In this document: one piece after another, positions 1-9,430 of the stretch | Position numbering within the stretch: the first letter of the stretch is position 1 | Layout: each line of letters starts with the position of its first letter | Assembly (NCBI GenBank): GCA_031267295.1 | Contig: JAIRZI010000039.1 | Location: 3,683 to 67,682, forward strand | DNA: 64,000 nucleotides | Source: Propionibacteriaceae bacterium | Lineage (GTDB): Bacteria > Actinomycetota > Actinomycetes > Propionibacteriales > Propionibacteriaceae | Direction: 5' to 3' | Program-made: the position numbers and the translations under genes | Notes under the pieces: model-generated | The model's database searches: none | Seen by the model: the letters and a program-made list of their open reading frames with translations, nothing else | What the model was told of the DNA's origin: nothing

Positions 1-115
1 GATGCCACCAGCCCAACCTAACCTGCCACCCAGGTCTAGATCGCACCAAGTATTCGAGGTGTCCCCGCAGCTATTGACGAGACCGTCAAAGCCAGTTGGT
101 AACATATTCATTCTC

Positions 116-1663
116 CTAGCTCGGGAAAATCCCGTGCTTCTTGTTCGGGCTCGCTTGAACCTTCGTCTGCAACACTTGCAGCATCTGAATCAAACGAGGA
201 CGGGTTTCCTTAGGCTCGATAACCTCATCCACCTGGCCGATGTCAGCGGCGCGGTACGGATTGAGGAACGTCTCGCGGTACTCCTCGACGAAAGCAGCTA
301 GTGCGGCTTTCGGGTCGGCAGCAGCCTTGATCTCCTTGCCGCGGACGAGCGGAGCAGCACCAGCCGCACCCATGACCGCAACCTGACCTGACGGCCAAGC
401 GAAGACCACATCGTTACGCATCTGCTTGGAGGACAGCGCGACGTACGCGCCACCGGTGGCCTTGCGGGTCACCACACAGATCTTCGGAACAGTGGCTTCA
501 GTGTAACCATAGATGATCTTTGCGCCGTGGCGGATGACACCGCCATACTCCTGCTGAGTGCCGGGGAGGTATCCGGGGCAATCGACGAACGTGATGATCG
601 GCAGGTTATATGCGTCGCACAAGCGGCAGAAACGACTGATCTTGTCAGATGAGTCAATATCGAGCACACCGGACATGAAGCCCGGGTTGTTGGCAACGAT
701 ACCAACCGCACGACCATCGAGACGGGCGAACGCCACAACGGCGTTACGTGCGTACTCTTCCTGTATTTGCAAAATTGAACCAGTGTCGAAAATTCGCCCG
801 AGCAGATCAATAAGATCGTATGCCTTATTGTCGTCATCTGGGATGATCTCGTTGAGGTTTTCATCCATCCGAGTGGGGGAGTCCTTCGTTGGAACAAACG
901 GAGTGTCCTCGTTGTTGTTCTGTGGAAGGTAGCCCAGAATCTTCTTTACCAATTCGATGGCGGCATCGTCGTCAGCAGCGCGGAACTGCGCGACACCGGA
1001 GCGTTGCGTATGAACCGTGGAACCACCAAGTTCTTCCTGAGTTACATCCTCGCCGGTGACGGACTTCACAACGCCCGGGCCGGTAAGGAACATATAGGAG
1101 GTACCATCCACCATGACGGTGAGGTCGGTCAAAGCGGGCGAGTAAACTGCGCCACCGGCGCAGGGGCCCATGATGACAGAGATTTGTGGAATCACCCCAC
1201 TGGCGAGCACGTTACGGCAGAAAACTTCGCCGTACGCAGCCAGGGAGTAAACGCCCTCTTGAACACGAGCGCCGCCCGAGTCATTCAGTCCGATGCAGGG
1301 AATCCCCACTTCGAGACACAAATCTTGTATCTTATTGATCTTCTGAGCTTGCACCGCCGAGAACGAGCCGCCGAGGATAGTGAAATCCTGGGCGAACACG
1401 CCAACTGCGCGTCCATTCACTTCGCCGAAACCGGTCACAACGCCATCACCAGGGAACTTCTTCTTATCCATGTCGAAGTCGATCTTGGTGTGTTGTGCCA
1501 GTGCGCCGAGTTCATTGAACGTGCCTTTGTCGAGGAACTTGTCGATGCGCTCACGAGCGGTATATTTACCACTCTGGTGCTGTTTGTCGATGGCGGATTG
1601 CCCGCCACCAAGCAGGGAGCGCTCTCGCAGCTCCCGGAATTTCGTTAATCTTTGGTCGGCCAT
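116..1663 (-). CDS. pccB: acyl-CoA (propionyl/acetyl-CoA) carboxylase carboxyltransferase beta subunit
   Basis: ORF 116..1708 has full-length AccD5/PccB-type carboxyltransferase character (GGGQSAIDKQHQSGKYTARERIDKFLD, GPCAGGAVYSPALTD). Start moved to ATG 1663 (MADQRL), which is preceded by an AAGGAAG RBS. Confidence 0.9.
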   Translation of the reverse strand: MADQRLTKFRELRERSLLGGGQSAIDKQHQSGKYTARERIDKFLDKGTFNELGALAQHTKIDFDMDKKKFPGDGVVTGFGEVNGRAVGVFAQDFTILGGSFSAVQAQKINKIQDLCLEVGIPCIGLNDSGGARVQEGVYSLAAYGEVFCRNVLASGVIPQISVIMGPCAGGAVYSPALTDLTVMVDGTSYMFLTGPGVVKSVTGEDVTQEELGGSTVHTQRSGVAQFRAADDDAAIELVKKILGYLPQNNNEDTPFVPTKDSPTRMDENLNEIIPDDDNKAYDLIDLLGRIFDTGSILQIQEEYARNAVVAFARLDGRAVGIVANNPGFMSGVLDIDSSDKISRFCRLCDAYNLPIITFVDCPGYLPGTQQEYGGVIRHGAKIIYGYTEATVPKICVVTRKATGGAYVALSSKQMRNDVVFAWPSGQVAVMGAAGAAPLVRGKEIKAAADPKAALAAFVEEYRETFLNPYRAADIGQVDEVIEPKETRPRLIQMLQVLQTKVQASPNKKHGIFPS

Positions 1664-2056
1664 CTCACTTCCTTGTTCGCGCCGTGCCATACAACGGCCT
1701 AGTAACAACTAGTCAGGTGTACTACTGGCAGGCGAATGCCCACCAGTTTGACTCACACACCTTAACACGTTCAGCGCGTTCATGCCCTACTGCCGCACCG
1801 CATATTGGACGCTACGGTATTTAATAGCGTCGATTTCAGCGACTTTTCGTTGAAAGTCCGTCTTATATTTTTACTTGCGATAGCTGTTATTTTGTTGGGA
1901 AAATCCAGCGCCATAGCGTGATTGGCAAGGTATTTTATGATCACACATGATGTTGAATACTAAAATAATCGACAGTATTGTGTACGGGTGTCTCACAATT
2001 ACAAGCTTCTGCGATATATTCGATCTACTACATCCCGCAGTATCAAGGAGGCGTAA

Positions 2057-2722
2057 ATGGCCAGCAAGGCAAGTGTTTTTAATCTGATGGGTCTGTTACT
2101 CATCCCGGTAGGGGTCGCACTTGATTTTGCGCTCGGCGGGTTAGCGCTCACACTTAAATTGCCGATCTATCTCGACTCGGTTGGCCACATTTTAGCGGGC
2201 GCTTTAGGCGGGCCGGTGATCGGTGCAGTTAGCGGTTTCCTCGGTGTAATGACGAACTCAGCGTTTTCGGCAGACGCTGTCGTCTGGGCGTTCCAAGGGG
2301 CGGCCATCGGTTTAGTGGTTGGCCTACTGGCATGGGCCGGACTTTTTAAGGGCTGGCCAAAGATTGTCCTGTCAACAGTTATCATCATTGTGCTTTCAAC
2401 AGCACTGTCGGCAATCATCAGCTATGCGGTATACGGCGGATTCGACGGTTACGGCATCTCGGCGATACGTGCAGCGCTAGTGAAGACCGGAATGCCTCTG
2501 GAGTTGGCGATTATCCTCACTGCGTTTGTCGCTGAGCTTATCGATAAAACATTGTCAGTGGTGCTGCCGATAATCGTGATCGGCTTGATGAGTGAGCGAC
2601 TGCTGTACAAGTTCCCAATGGGTTCGCTGTTGCATAATCCGCAAAGTAACGCTGCTCCGCAAGACGAACCAACTGTGGTAGCGCCGCCCACCGCTGGCTA
2701 CGGAGCATACGGTGACAAATAG
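2057..2722 (+). CDS. ECF transporter substrate-specific (S) component, substrate unknown
   Basis: 221-aa polytopic membrane protein (about 6 TM) directly upstream of EcfT and a fused EcfA-EcfA. AAGGAGG RBS lies before the ATG at 2057. Confidence 0.7.
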   Translation: MASKASVFNLMGLLLIPVGVALDFALGGLALTLKLPIYLDSVGHILAGALGGPVIGAVSGFLGVMTNSAFSADAVVWAFQGAAIGLVVGLLAWAGLFKGWPKIVLSTVIIIVLSTALSAIISYAVYGGFDGYGISAIRAALVKTGMPLELAIILTAFVAELIDKTLSVVLPIIVIGLMSERLLYKFPMGSLLHNPQSNAAPQDEPTVVAPPTAGYGAYGDK

Positions 2723-2724
2723 GC

Positions 2725-3495
2725 ATGTACGAGCCGATTACACCTGCGGGTAACGCAGTTCAACGTGCTAACCCGCTAGTGGTGGTGTGCCTAGTGCTGT
2801 GCTGTCTCATTGACGGGTTGTTCATCGGCTCAAAATACCTTTTATTCTTCTTTCCAACCTCTGTGGTGGTCGTTGCGGTTGCCGGAAATCTAAAGCGCTA
2901 TCTAGCGCTGTTGGCTGCCGTGATGCTACCTACGGCTACCTTGATGTTTGTGTTGCAGTTACTAGCTAACGAAGGTGGCGTGACGTATTGGCACTGGTGG
3001 ATAATCCGAGCTACCGAATTAGGATTTGACAACGCTATTCACTACACTGCAAGGTTTGTGGTCATCGGCACAGCCGTCTTCACGTTAATCTGCTTAGTCA
3101 AATTGTCTAGGTTCACTAGAGCACTGGAACAGTGTGGAGTGAATCCGCGTGTGACATATGTTTTACAAGCAACGGTGTTGATCATTCCTCAGATGAAGAA
3201 GCGAGTTGCGGTGATTCTGGATGCACAGCGCGCCAGAGGCATTGAAACAGATGCCAACCTGCGGGTACGCATGAAAGCTTTACTGCCTGTCGCAGCTCCG
3301 TTGATTTTAAGTGCGCTCACTTCGGTGGAGGAGCGGGCAGTATCACTAGAAGCACGTGGGACGACGCTGCCCGGCAAGCGTACATCGTTGCTACAAGTGA
3401 ACAATTCCACATTTGACAAGGTAATATGCATTGTTGCGGTGTTGATATGCGGTGGTGTCATTATCGCGGTGCAAGCTAACTGGTGGATGCCGTGA
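2725..3495 (+). CDS. ecfT: energy-coupling factor transporter transmembrane (T) component, EcfT/CbiQ family
   Basis: 256-aa membrane protein with the CbiQ-type coupling motif region (ILDAQRARGIETD). It sits between the S component and the ATPase gene. Confidence 0.8.
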   Translation: MYEPITPAGNAVQRANPLVVVCLVLCCLIDGLFIGSKYLLFFFPTSVVVVAVAGNLKRYLALLAAVMLPTATLMFVLQLLANEGGVTYWHWWIIRATELGFDNAIHYTARFVVIGTAVFTLICLVKLSRFTRALEQCGVNPRVTYVLQATVLIIPQMKKRVAVILDAQRARGIETDANLRVRMKALLPVAAPLILSALTSVEERAVSLEARGTTLPGKRTSLLQVNNSTFDKVICIVAVLICGGVIIAVQANWWMP

Positions 3496-5234
3496 ACGCT
3501 ATTGAAATTACGGGGTTGTCGTTTAGTTATCCGCTAGCGAATCGTCCGGCGTTGCAGGAGATAAACCTTAGTGTCAAGCCGGGGGAGTGGGTATCGGTGG
3601 TCGGGGCAAACGGGGCGGGAAAATCCACGCTCGCCCAGGTTATCCGGGGGCTAGTACCGCATTTTAGTAAAGGTGATCTCAGTGGCCGGGTGTTAGTGAA
3701 TGGCCGTGACTTGGCGACGCTAAGTGTGGGGGAGATCACCGCAGATGTGGGATATGTGTTCCAAAATCCTTTTACGCAGCTAACTGGGGTGGCTACTACA
3801 GTCTATGCCGAATTATCCTATGGGCTAGGCAATATGGGCGTGCCACCAGTTGAAATTCGGCGGCGAGTGGATGCGATGCTGGAGTCCACTAAATTGACTA
3901 AGTTAGCCGCCCGTAACCCGTTTGAGTTATCCGGTGGGCAACAGCAGCGGGTGGCGTTGGCAGCCATTTTGGTGATGGAACAGCCCATCTTGGTAATCGA
4001 CGAACCTACCAGCCAACTTGACCCGGAAACTACCAACGCTATGTTCGAGTTGCTCGCTGCTGCACACTCGGCTGGTCGTACGGTAGTGCTCATAGAGCAC
4101 AAAATGGAGCAAGTTGCGCAGTTTTCCGAGCGCGTGATAATGCTGCATGATGGCCGACTGGTGCTAGAAGGTACCCCGGAACAGGTATTTACCGACCCGC
4201 AGTGTGAAAGCTATGGCGTACGACTGCCGGAGTCGTTATACTTGCAACGCGCATTGGAGCAACGCGGTGTTTTGCTACCTGACAAGGCACTTTCGGTGAA
4301 TAATCTGGTAATGCAGTTGGTAAAGCTAGGGATGCACCCGCGAACGGCAAAGTCAGAACCTGCCCAGGACGATGTGCCGGTGATTCATCCCGAACGGTTC
4401 AGTACCACTCAACCGGTTACTCCCGCATTACTGGAGATAGATCGAGTCACTTTCAGCTACCCGAATGGAGTTGAGGCGATACATGAGGTAAGCCTAAATC
4501 TGAGGGCGGGGGAGTCGGTGGCTATCATCGGGCAGAACGGGGCGGGAAAAACCACTTTGGCTAAATTGGTAAATGCTTTGTTACGCCCCAGCAGCGGCGA
4601 GGTGCGTATCAATGGGCAGTCAACGGCAAAATGGACAGCAGCCGAAACGGCTCGTCGCGTGGGATACGTGTTTCAAAATCCGGATGATCAGATATTTAAC
4701 AAAAGTGTATATGCCGAAGTGGAGTATGCACCAAAGCGATGGGGCTTGTCAGAAGCTGAGGTGCGTCGGCGAGTGGTCGATGCACTGCACCTCACCGGAC
4801 TCACTGGTAGCCAGAACCTTAACCCGTATGACCTGCCGCTCAGTGTGCGCAAATTTGTGACGATTGCTTCAACTATTGCGCTCGATACCGACATGGTCAT
4901 ATTTGACGAGCCAACTGCGGGTCAGGATCTCAGAGGGCTTAATCGACTTATAACCATACTGCGGGAGCTGGCGGCACGGGGTAAAACTGTGATAACTATC
5001 ACGCACGATATGGAGTTCGTATCGCAAAACTTTTCCCGCACGGTGGTGATGACGGATCGGCAAATAATTGCTGATACTCCCACCGAAGAAACGTTCTATC
5101 TGAATGAAGTGCTTGCAAAAGCGATGCTAGATCAGCCAGCATTTCCGGAGTTGACAAGGAATTTTTTCAGTAATGACATTGGACTTAGCATGAACGCACT
5201 AGCGAGCGCCGTAGTAGAGCAACTCGGGAGGTAA
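3483..5234 (+). CDS. fused duplicated ECF/ABC ATPase (EcfA1-EcfA2, YkoD-like)
   Basis: 583 aa with two complete ABC cassettes. Walker A occurs twice (GANGAGKST and GQNGAGKTT), with signature LSGGQQQR and Walker B LVIDEP / VIFDEP. Confidence 0.9.
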   Translation: MDAVNAIEITGLSFSYPLANRPALQEINLSVKPGEWVSVVGANGAGKSTLAQVIRGLVPHFSKGDLSGRVLVNGRDLATLSVGEITADVGYVFQNPFTQLTGVATTVYAELSYGLGNMGVPPVEIRRRVDAMLESTKLTKLAARNPFELSGGQQQRVALAAILVMEQPILVIDEPTSQLDPETTNAMFELLAAAHSAGRTVVLIEHKMEQVAQFSERVIMLHDGRLVLEGTPEQVFTDPQCESYGVRLPESLYLQRALEQRGVLLPDKALSVNNLVMQLVKLGMHPRTAKSEPAQDDVPVIHPERFSTTQPVTPALLEIDRVTFSYPNGVEAIHEVSLNLRAGESVAIIGQNGAGKTTLAKLVNALLRPSSGEVRINGQSTAKWTAAETARRVGYVFQNPDDQIFNKSVYAEVEYAPKRWGLSEAEVRRRVVDALHLTGLTGSQNLNPYDLPLSVRKFVTIASTIALDTDMVIFDEPTAGQDLRGLNRLITILRELAARGKTVITITHDMEFVSQNFSRTVVMTDRQIIADTPTEETFYLNEVLAKAMLDQPAFPELTRNFFSNDIGLSMNALASAVVEQLGR

Positions 5235-5264
5235 TAGCGGTCATGGTTTAAGTGAACGAATCAA

Positions 5265-6188
5265 CTAGCGGGTGCTGCCGCCGTCGCTCTCTTTAGAACC
5301 ACCTTCGAGGGAACGTAGGAAGTTCTCAAACTGCGCACCTAGCTCATCAGCAGTGGGGATGTCTTCTGGACGCACCGGAAGCGCTCGTTCATGGAGCATC
5401 GTCTCATACTGCGCTTCTAACTGTTCGATTAAATCTTGGAGTTCCGTATGTTCGGAAACGGTACGAGTGATCTCGGTGTCAACAGTTGCGGAGGTAGTGC
5501 TCAACTCACCGACCGGTAGCGCAAGTTCGGTGTTTTCAATGATGCTGCGTAGCAGTGCAAGAGCACCGGATGGGTACTCCATACCCGCAAGATAGTGCGG
5601 TACATGAGCCGACAAACCGATGACATCATGGCCTAATTCGCCTAGTCGTAGCGTTAATAGCGCGGTGAAAGAAGCACTCATCTGGAATGTTGCCGCCATT
5701 GCCGAGCCTAACGGTAGCCGCGTAGGGTCAGAGCCAAACATGGTTACCAGTATCGGTTTGGTGTGTGGCATCGGAGCCGGGAATCCCTGTGCGATGATGG
5801 TCTGTTGCACACCAAAGCGTTCAATAATTCGAGCGACGGCTGCGGCGAACCGTTCCCACTGCAAGCTAGGTTCTGGGCCACTTAGCAGCAAAAAAGGCTT
5901 GCCGGAAGCGTCTTCAAGCATCCGCAATGTGATTTCTGGTGAATGAAACGACTCAAAGTGATCTCTATCGAATACGATCTGGGGGCGGTGCCCGGCGTAG
6001 TCGAAAACTTGGTCAATGTCGAAGCGGCCTACCAGGCGATTTGGCAGGCTTTCCAGCAAATGCTCATCTAGCATTCGCTGTGCATGCCCAGCATCAATGT
6101 AACCTCCGAGCGTTATCACAAGAGTATGGGCGTTAAGAGACAAGTCGAGCGCACGTTCGTAGCTAAATAGTGTGCTGGGATCCTGCAT
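5265..6188 (-). CDS. PAC2 (proteasome assembly chaperone 2-like) family protein
   Basis: Typical actinobacterial PAC2 pattern (LVITLGGYIDAGHA, LLLSGPEPSLQWERF). Start moved to ATG 6188 (MQDPST), preceded by AAGGAGG. Confidence 0.75.
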   Translation of the reverse strand: MQDPSTLFSYERALDLSLNAHTLVITLGGYIDAGHAQRMLDEHLLESLPNRLVGRFDIDQVFDYAGHRPQIVFDRDHFESFHSPEITLRMLEDASGKPFLLLSGPEPSLQWERFAAAVARIIERFGVQQTIIAQGFPAPMPHTKPILVTMFGSDPTRLPLGSAMAATFQMSASFTALLTLRLGELGHDVIGLSAHVPHYLAGMEYPSGALALLRSIIENTELALPVGELSTTSATVDTEITRTVSEHTELQDLIEQLEAQYETMLHERALPVRPEDIPTADELGAQFENFLRSLEGGSKESDGGSTR

Positions 6189-6300
6189 GACACCCTCCTT
6201 TCGCATATCACACTGCAACGCCTAGTTCCTAGCGGATATTCCCATTCTATAGATCGACTACGACAAAATAGTTCCATTTAAGCGGCATTATCATGGTAGC

Positions 6301-8010
6301 TTGTCAGGCGTGGCAAATACGGTTGATGCAGTTCATGCTGGCGATTTCATCGCCGATAGAGTACGCGAAGATAACTCTACTGGGCGTTACCAAGGACGGG
6401 TGCAGACCCGCTTCCCACCAGAACCGAATGGTTATCTGCACATCGGTCATGCCAAAGCGATCACCGCAGACTTTGGCATCGCTACGGAGTTTGGAGGTAG
6501 CTGTAATCTCAGGTTAGATGACACCAATCCCGATACTGAAGATGTGGAGTACGTCGAATCGATCATCGATGACATAGCGTGGTTAGGGTATACGCCGGCC
6601 AACGTTTTCTATGCTTCCGATTATTTCACTGCGCTTTATGAGTGGGCGGAGGTATTGATTCAAACCGCTAAAGCGTACGTCGATGATCAAGATGCCGATA
6701 CCATCAGCGCTCAGCGGGGTGGGTTCGGCAAACCAGGTATTGAAAGTCCGTACCGCGAGCGCACCCCGGCAGAGAACTTGCGACTATTTCGCGCGATGCG
6801 TGCTGGTGAGTTTGCCGACGGTAGTAAGGTGCTGCGCGCCAAGATCGATATGCAGGCGGAGAACATGCAGCTGCGTGACCCGGTTTTGTATCGTATCCGG
6901 CGCTCCCAACATCACCGAACTGGTGATGCTTGGGTTATCTACCCGACGTATGACTGGGCGCACGGGCAGTCTGACGCGCTGGAGGGAGTGACGCACTCCA
7001 TGTGTACTTTGGAGTTCGAAGCACATCGTCCGCTATATGACTGGTGCTTGGAACAGTTGCCGTTGCCGTATGAGAAACCACAGCAACTAGAGTTTGCCCG
7101 CTTGGAGTTGACGCACACCGTCACCAGTAAAAGGCGATTGCGCAAGTTGGTGGACGATGCCATCGTGACGGGTTGGGACGATCCCAGAATGCCAACTTTG
7201 GTGGGGTTGCGCCGTCGCGGGTATCCCGCAGCGGCGATCAGAGCGTTCTGCAAGCATATTGGCGTTAACAAAACCAATTCACGACACGCAGTTGAAGAGT
7301 TAGAAGCGTTTGTACGCACCGAGTTGAATCAAAGCGCGCTGCGGCGTATGGCAGTTCTTAGACCATTAAAAGTGATTATCGATAACTGGCCGACGGACAG
7401 CGCAGGAGAGCCGATAGTTGAGTGGTTTACCCTTAACAACAACCCCGAAAACGTAAATGACGGCACTCGCAGCGTTCCTTTCAGCGGAACGCTCTACATT
7501 GAACGAGACGACTTCGCCGAAACCCCACCGCCGAAGTTTTTCCGACTATCACCGGGGCGCGAGGTGCGATTACGCGGAGCATATCTGATAACCGCCACCG
7601 ATGTGGTTAAAGACTTAGCCGGCGAGGTGATAGCGGTGCACTGCACGTATGATCCCCAGACTAGAGGCGGCGATGCGCCGGACGGACGTAAAGTGAGGTC
7701 CACTATGCATTGGGTGTCTGTTGATCATGCGGTTACTGCCGTCGTTAAGTGTTATGAGCGGCTTTTCAACGCTGAACTGCCAGGCGAGCGCACTGGCGAA
7801 CCGTTAGATGACGTAAACCCGGATTCTTGTTTAACCATGCTTGAGTGCAAAGTTGAAGCGGCGTTGCAAGATAGTGCGCCTGGTGAGGTGGTTCAGTTTG
7901 AACGACTTGGTTATTTCTGTAAAGACTTAGAAACGCCGATGTTATTTCACCGCACGGTTGGCTTGAAAGACGATTGGGCAAACGCGCAGCGGCGAAATTC
8001 GAAAGTTTGA
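6301..8010 (+). CDS. glnS: glutamine--tRNA ligase (GlnRS)
   Basis: 569 aa, collinear with E. coli GlnS over the whole length (TRFPPEPNGYLHIGHAKA, CNLRLDDTNP, RDPVLYRI, LEFEAHRPLYDW, VTSKRRL, GWDDPRMPTLVGLRRRGY). TTG 6301 or GTG 6310 is the start. Confidence 0.93.
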   Translation: MSGVANTVDAVHAGDFIADRVREDNSTGRYQGRVQTRFPPEPNGYLHIGHAKAITADFGIATEFGGSCNLRLDDTNPDTEDVEYVESIIDDIAWLGYTPANVFYASDYFTALYEWAEVLIQTAKAYVDDQDADTISAQRGGFGKPGIESPYRERTPAENLRLFRAMRAGEFADGSKVLRAKIDMQAENMQLRDPVLYRIRRSQHHRTGDAWVIYPTYDWAHGQSDALEGVTHSMCTLEFEAHRPLYDWCLEQLPLPYEKPQQLEFARLELTHTVTSKRRLRKLVDDAIVTGWDDPRMPTLVGLRRRGYPAAAIRAFCKHIGVNKTNSRHAVEELEAFVRTELNQSALRRMAVLRPLKVIIDNWPTDSAGEPIVEWFTLNNNPENVNDGTRSVPFSGTLYIERDDFAETPPPKFFRLSPGREVRLRGAYLITATDVVKDLAGEVIAVHCTYDPQTRGGDAPDGRKVRSTMHWVSVDHAVTAVVKCYERLFNAELPGERTGEPLDDVNPDSCLTMLECKVEAALQDSAPGEVVQFERLGYFCKDLETPMLFHRTVGLKDDWANAQRRNSKV

Positions 8011-8172
8011 ACTGGTTACGCGCAAACGTTCCGTGGTTAGCCGTTAAGTGAGTTTTTTTAGTGATAGGTTTTCTCTGTTGGATAAAGATTCTGCGGCTGG
8101 TTCGCGGTAAACCACTACCAGTTTGTCCGATAATGGACATTATGTCAGAAAGTCGGGAGAGAGGTTACTGTT

Positions 8173-9288
8173 ATGCGTGTCGGGATACTGACAGCGGGTG
8201 GCGACTCCCCCGGCTTAAATGCAGCTATTCGCGGTTTCGGTAAAGCTGCTATTGGCGCATACGGCATGGAGGTAATTGGCTTTCGTGACGGGTTCACTGG
8301 GCTGGCGCAAGGTCGTGTGGTCGATCTGCCGATGGCGGCACTCTCCGGTATTCTCACCGTCGGAGGTACCATCCTAGGTACCAGTCGTGACAAACTACAC
8401 AAAATGTCAATTGATGCACAGGTGCGCGATATGACCGCTCAAGCGGTGGCTAATGTGAAAGCAAACCGACTTGATGCGGTGGTGATATTGGGAGGTGCGG
8501 GAACCGCTAAAAATGCAAAACTCCTAATGGATGCCGGTGTCAATGTTGTTATGTTGCCTAAAACCATAGATAACGACATCGTATGCACCGATACATCGTT
8601 TGGTTTTGCGACCGCTATGGGGGTGGCGACGGAAGCTATTGACCGGCTACATTCCACCGCGCATTCTCATCATCGGGTGATTCTCGCTGAGTTAATGGGA
8701 CACCGCGTAGGTTGGCTCACTTTGGGTGCTGGTATCTCCGGTGGCGCTGATGTGATACTGATACCAGAAATCCCCTATGACGTAGCGAACGTTGCTACCA
8801 CCGTGCATAGCCGTATTGAGCGTGGCAGTGCTTTCTCGGTGATCGCAGTGGCAGAAGGTGCTCGTGACCAGCAAGACAGTGCCGAATACGCCGAAGCGCA
8901 AGCACTCGTACGTTCCGCTGGAAGTTCCGCAGAACGTCGAAATGCTAAAGCTCATTTAGCCGCTGTGGAATCAGCTCAACGCGAACACACTTTCAAATTG
9001 GCGCGCGAACTGGAACGCGCCACTGGGTTAGAGACCCGGGTGAGCATTCTCGGTTACGTACAACGCGGGGGCAGCCCAGGCGCGACTGATCGTATGCTAG
9101 CGACGCGAGTTGGTGCGGCCGCTGCAAAGCTAGTGTCTTCTGGAGTATTTGGAGTGATGACTGCCGTTCACGGCGCAGATGTGGTGCCGGTGCCGCTTTC
9201 AGAGGTAGCAGGTAAAACTAAAACCGTACCCATAAATCACGACTGGATTACCACGGCGCGCATGGTAGGTACCGGGTTAGGCGATTGA
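8173..9288 (+). CDS. pfkA: 6-phosphofructokinase
   Basis: [22 protein letters not shown]-terminus, TIDNDI and GYVQRGG motifs. GGGAGAGAGG RBS region lies upstream. Confidence 0.9.
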   Translation: MRVGILTAGGDSPGLNAAIRGFGKAAIGAYGMEVIGFRDGFTGLAQGRVVDLPMAALSGILTVGGTILGTSRDKLHKMSIDAQVRDMTAQAVANVKANRLDAVVILGGAGTAKNAKLLMDAGVNVVMLPKTIDNDIVCTDTSFGFATAMGVATEAIDRLHSTAHSHHRVILAELMGHRVGWLTLGAGISGGADVILIPEIPYDVANVATTVHSRIERGSAFSVIAVAEGARDQQDSAEYAEAQALVRSAGSSAERRNAKAHLAAVESAQREHTFKLARELERATGLETRVSILGYVQRGGSPGATDRMLATRVGAAAAKLVSSGVFGVMTAVHGADVVPVPLSEVAGKTKTVPINHDWITTARMVGTGLGD

Positions 9289-9430
9289 GATTGACCCTTA
9301 AAGATAAACCACTCCCCCGCGTCACCTACTGCGGCGTGTCCCTAAGCCCGTTCAAACCAGCAAGAATAACCTAATTTTGAAGAGGTCGGAACGACACGGC
9401 GCTAGGCATAAATATCAAATATGAGATATT

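Noticed and set aside
1-105. Minus-strand ATG at 105 opening MLPTGFDGLVNSCGDTSNTW... to the window edge, possibly the acyl-CoA carboxylase epsilon subunit that often follows pccB
   Set aside because: Only 35 codons are visible and they do not resemble the epsilon-subunit pattern I know. This is too little evidence to call.
1004-1648. 214-aa ORF antisense to pccB
   Set aside because: It is an antisense frame of a strongly supported carboxyltransferase gene, with no RBS or motif support.
1709-2056. TPP (THI-box) riboswitch expected upstream of a YkoEDC-like ECF module
   Set aside because: No CUGAGA / ACCUGAUCUGGAUAAUGCCAGCG-type core was found on either strand.
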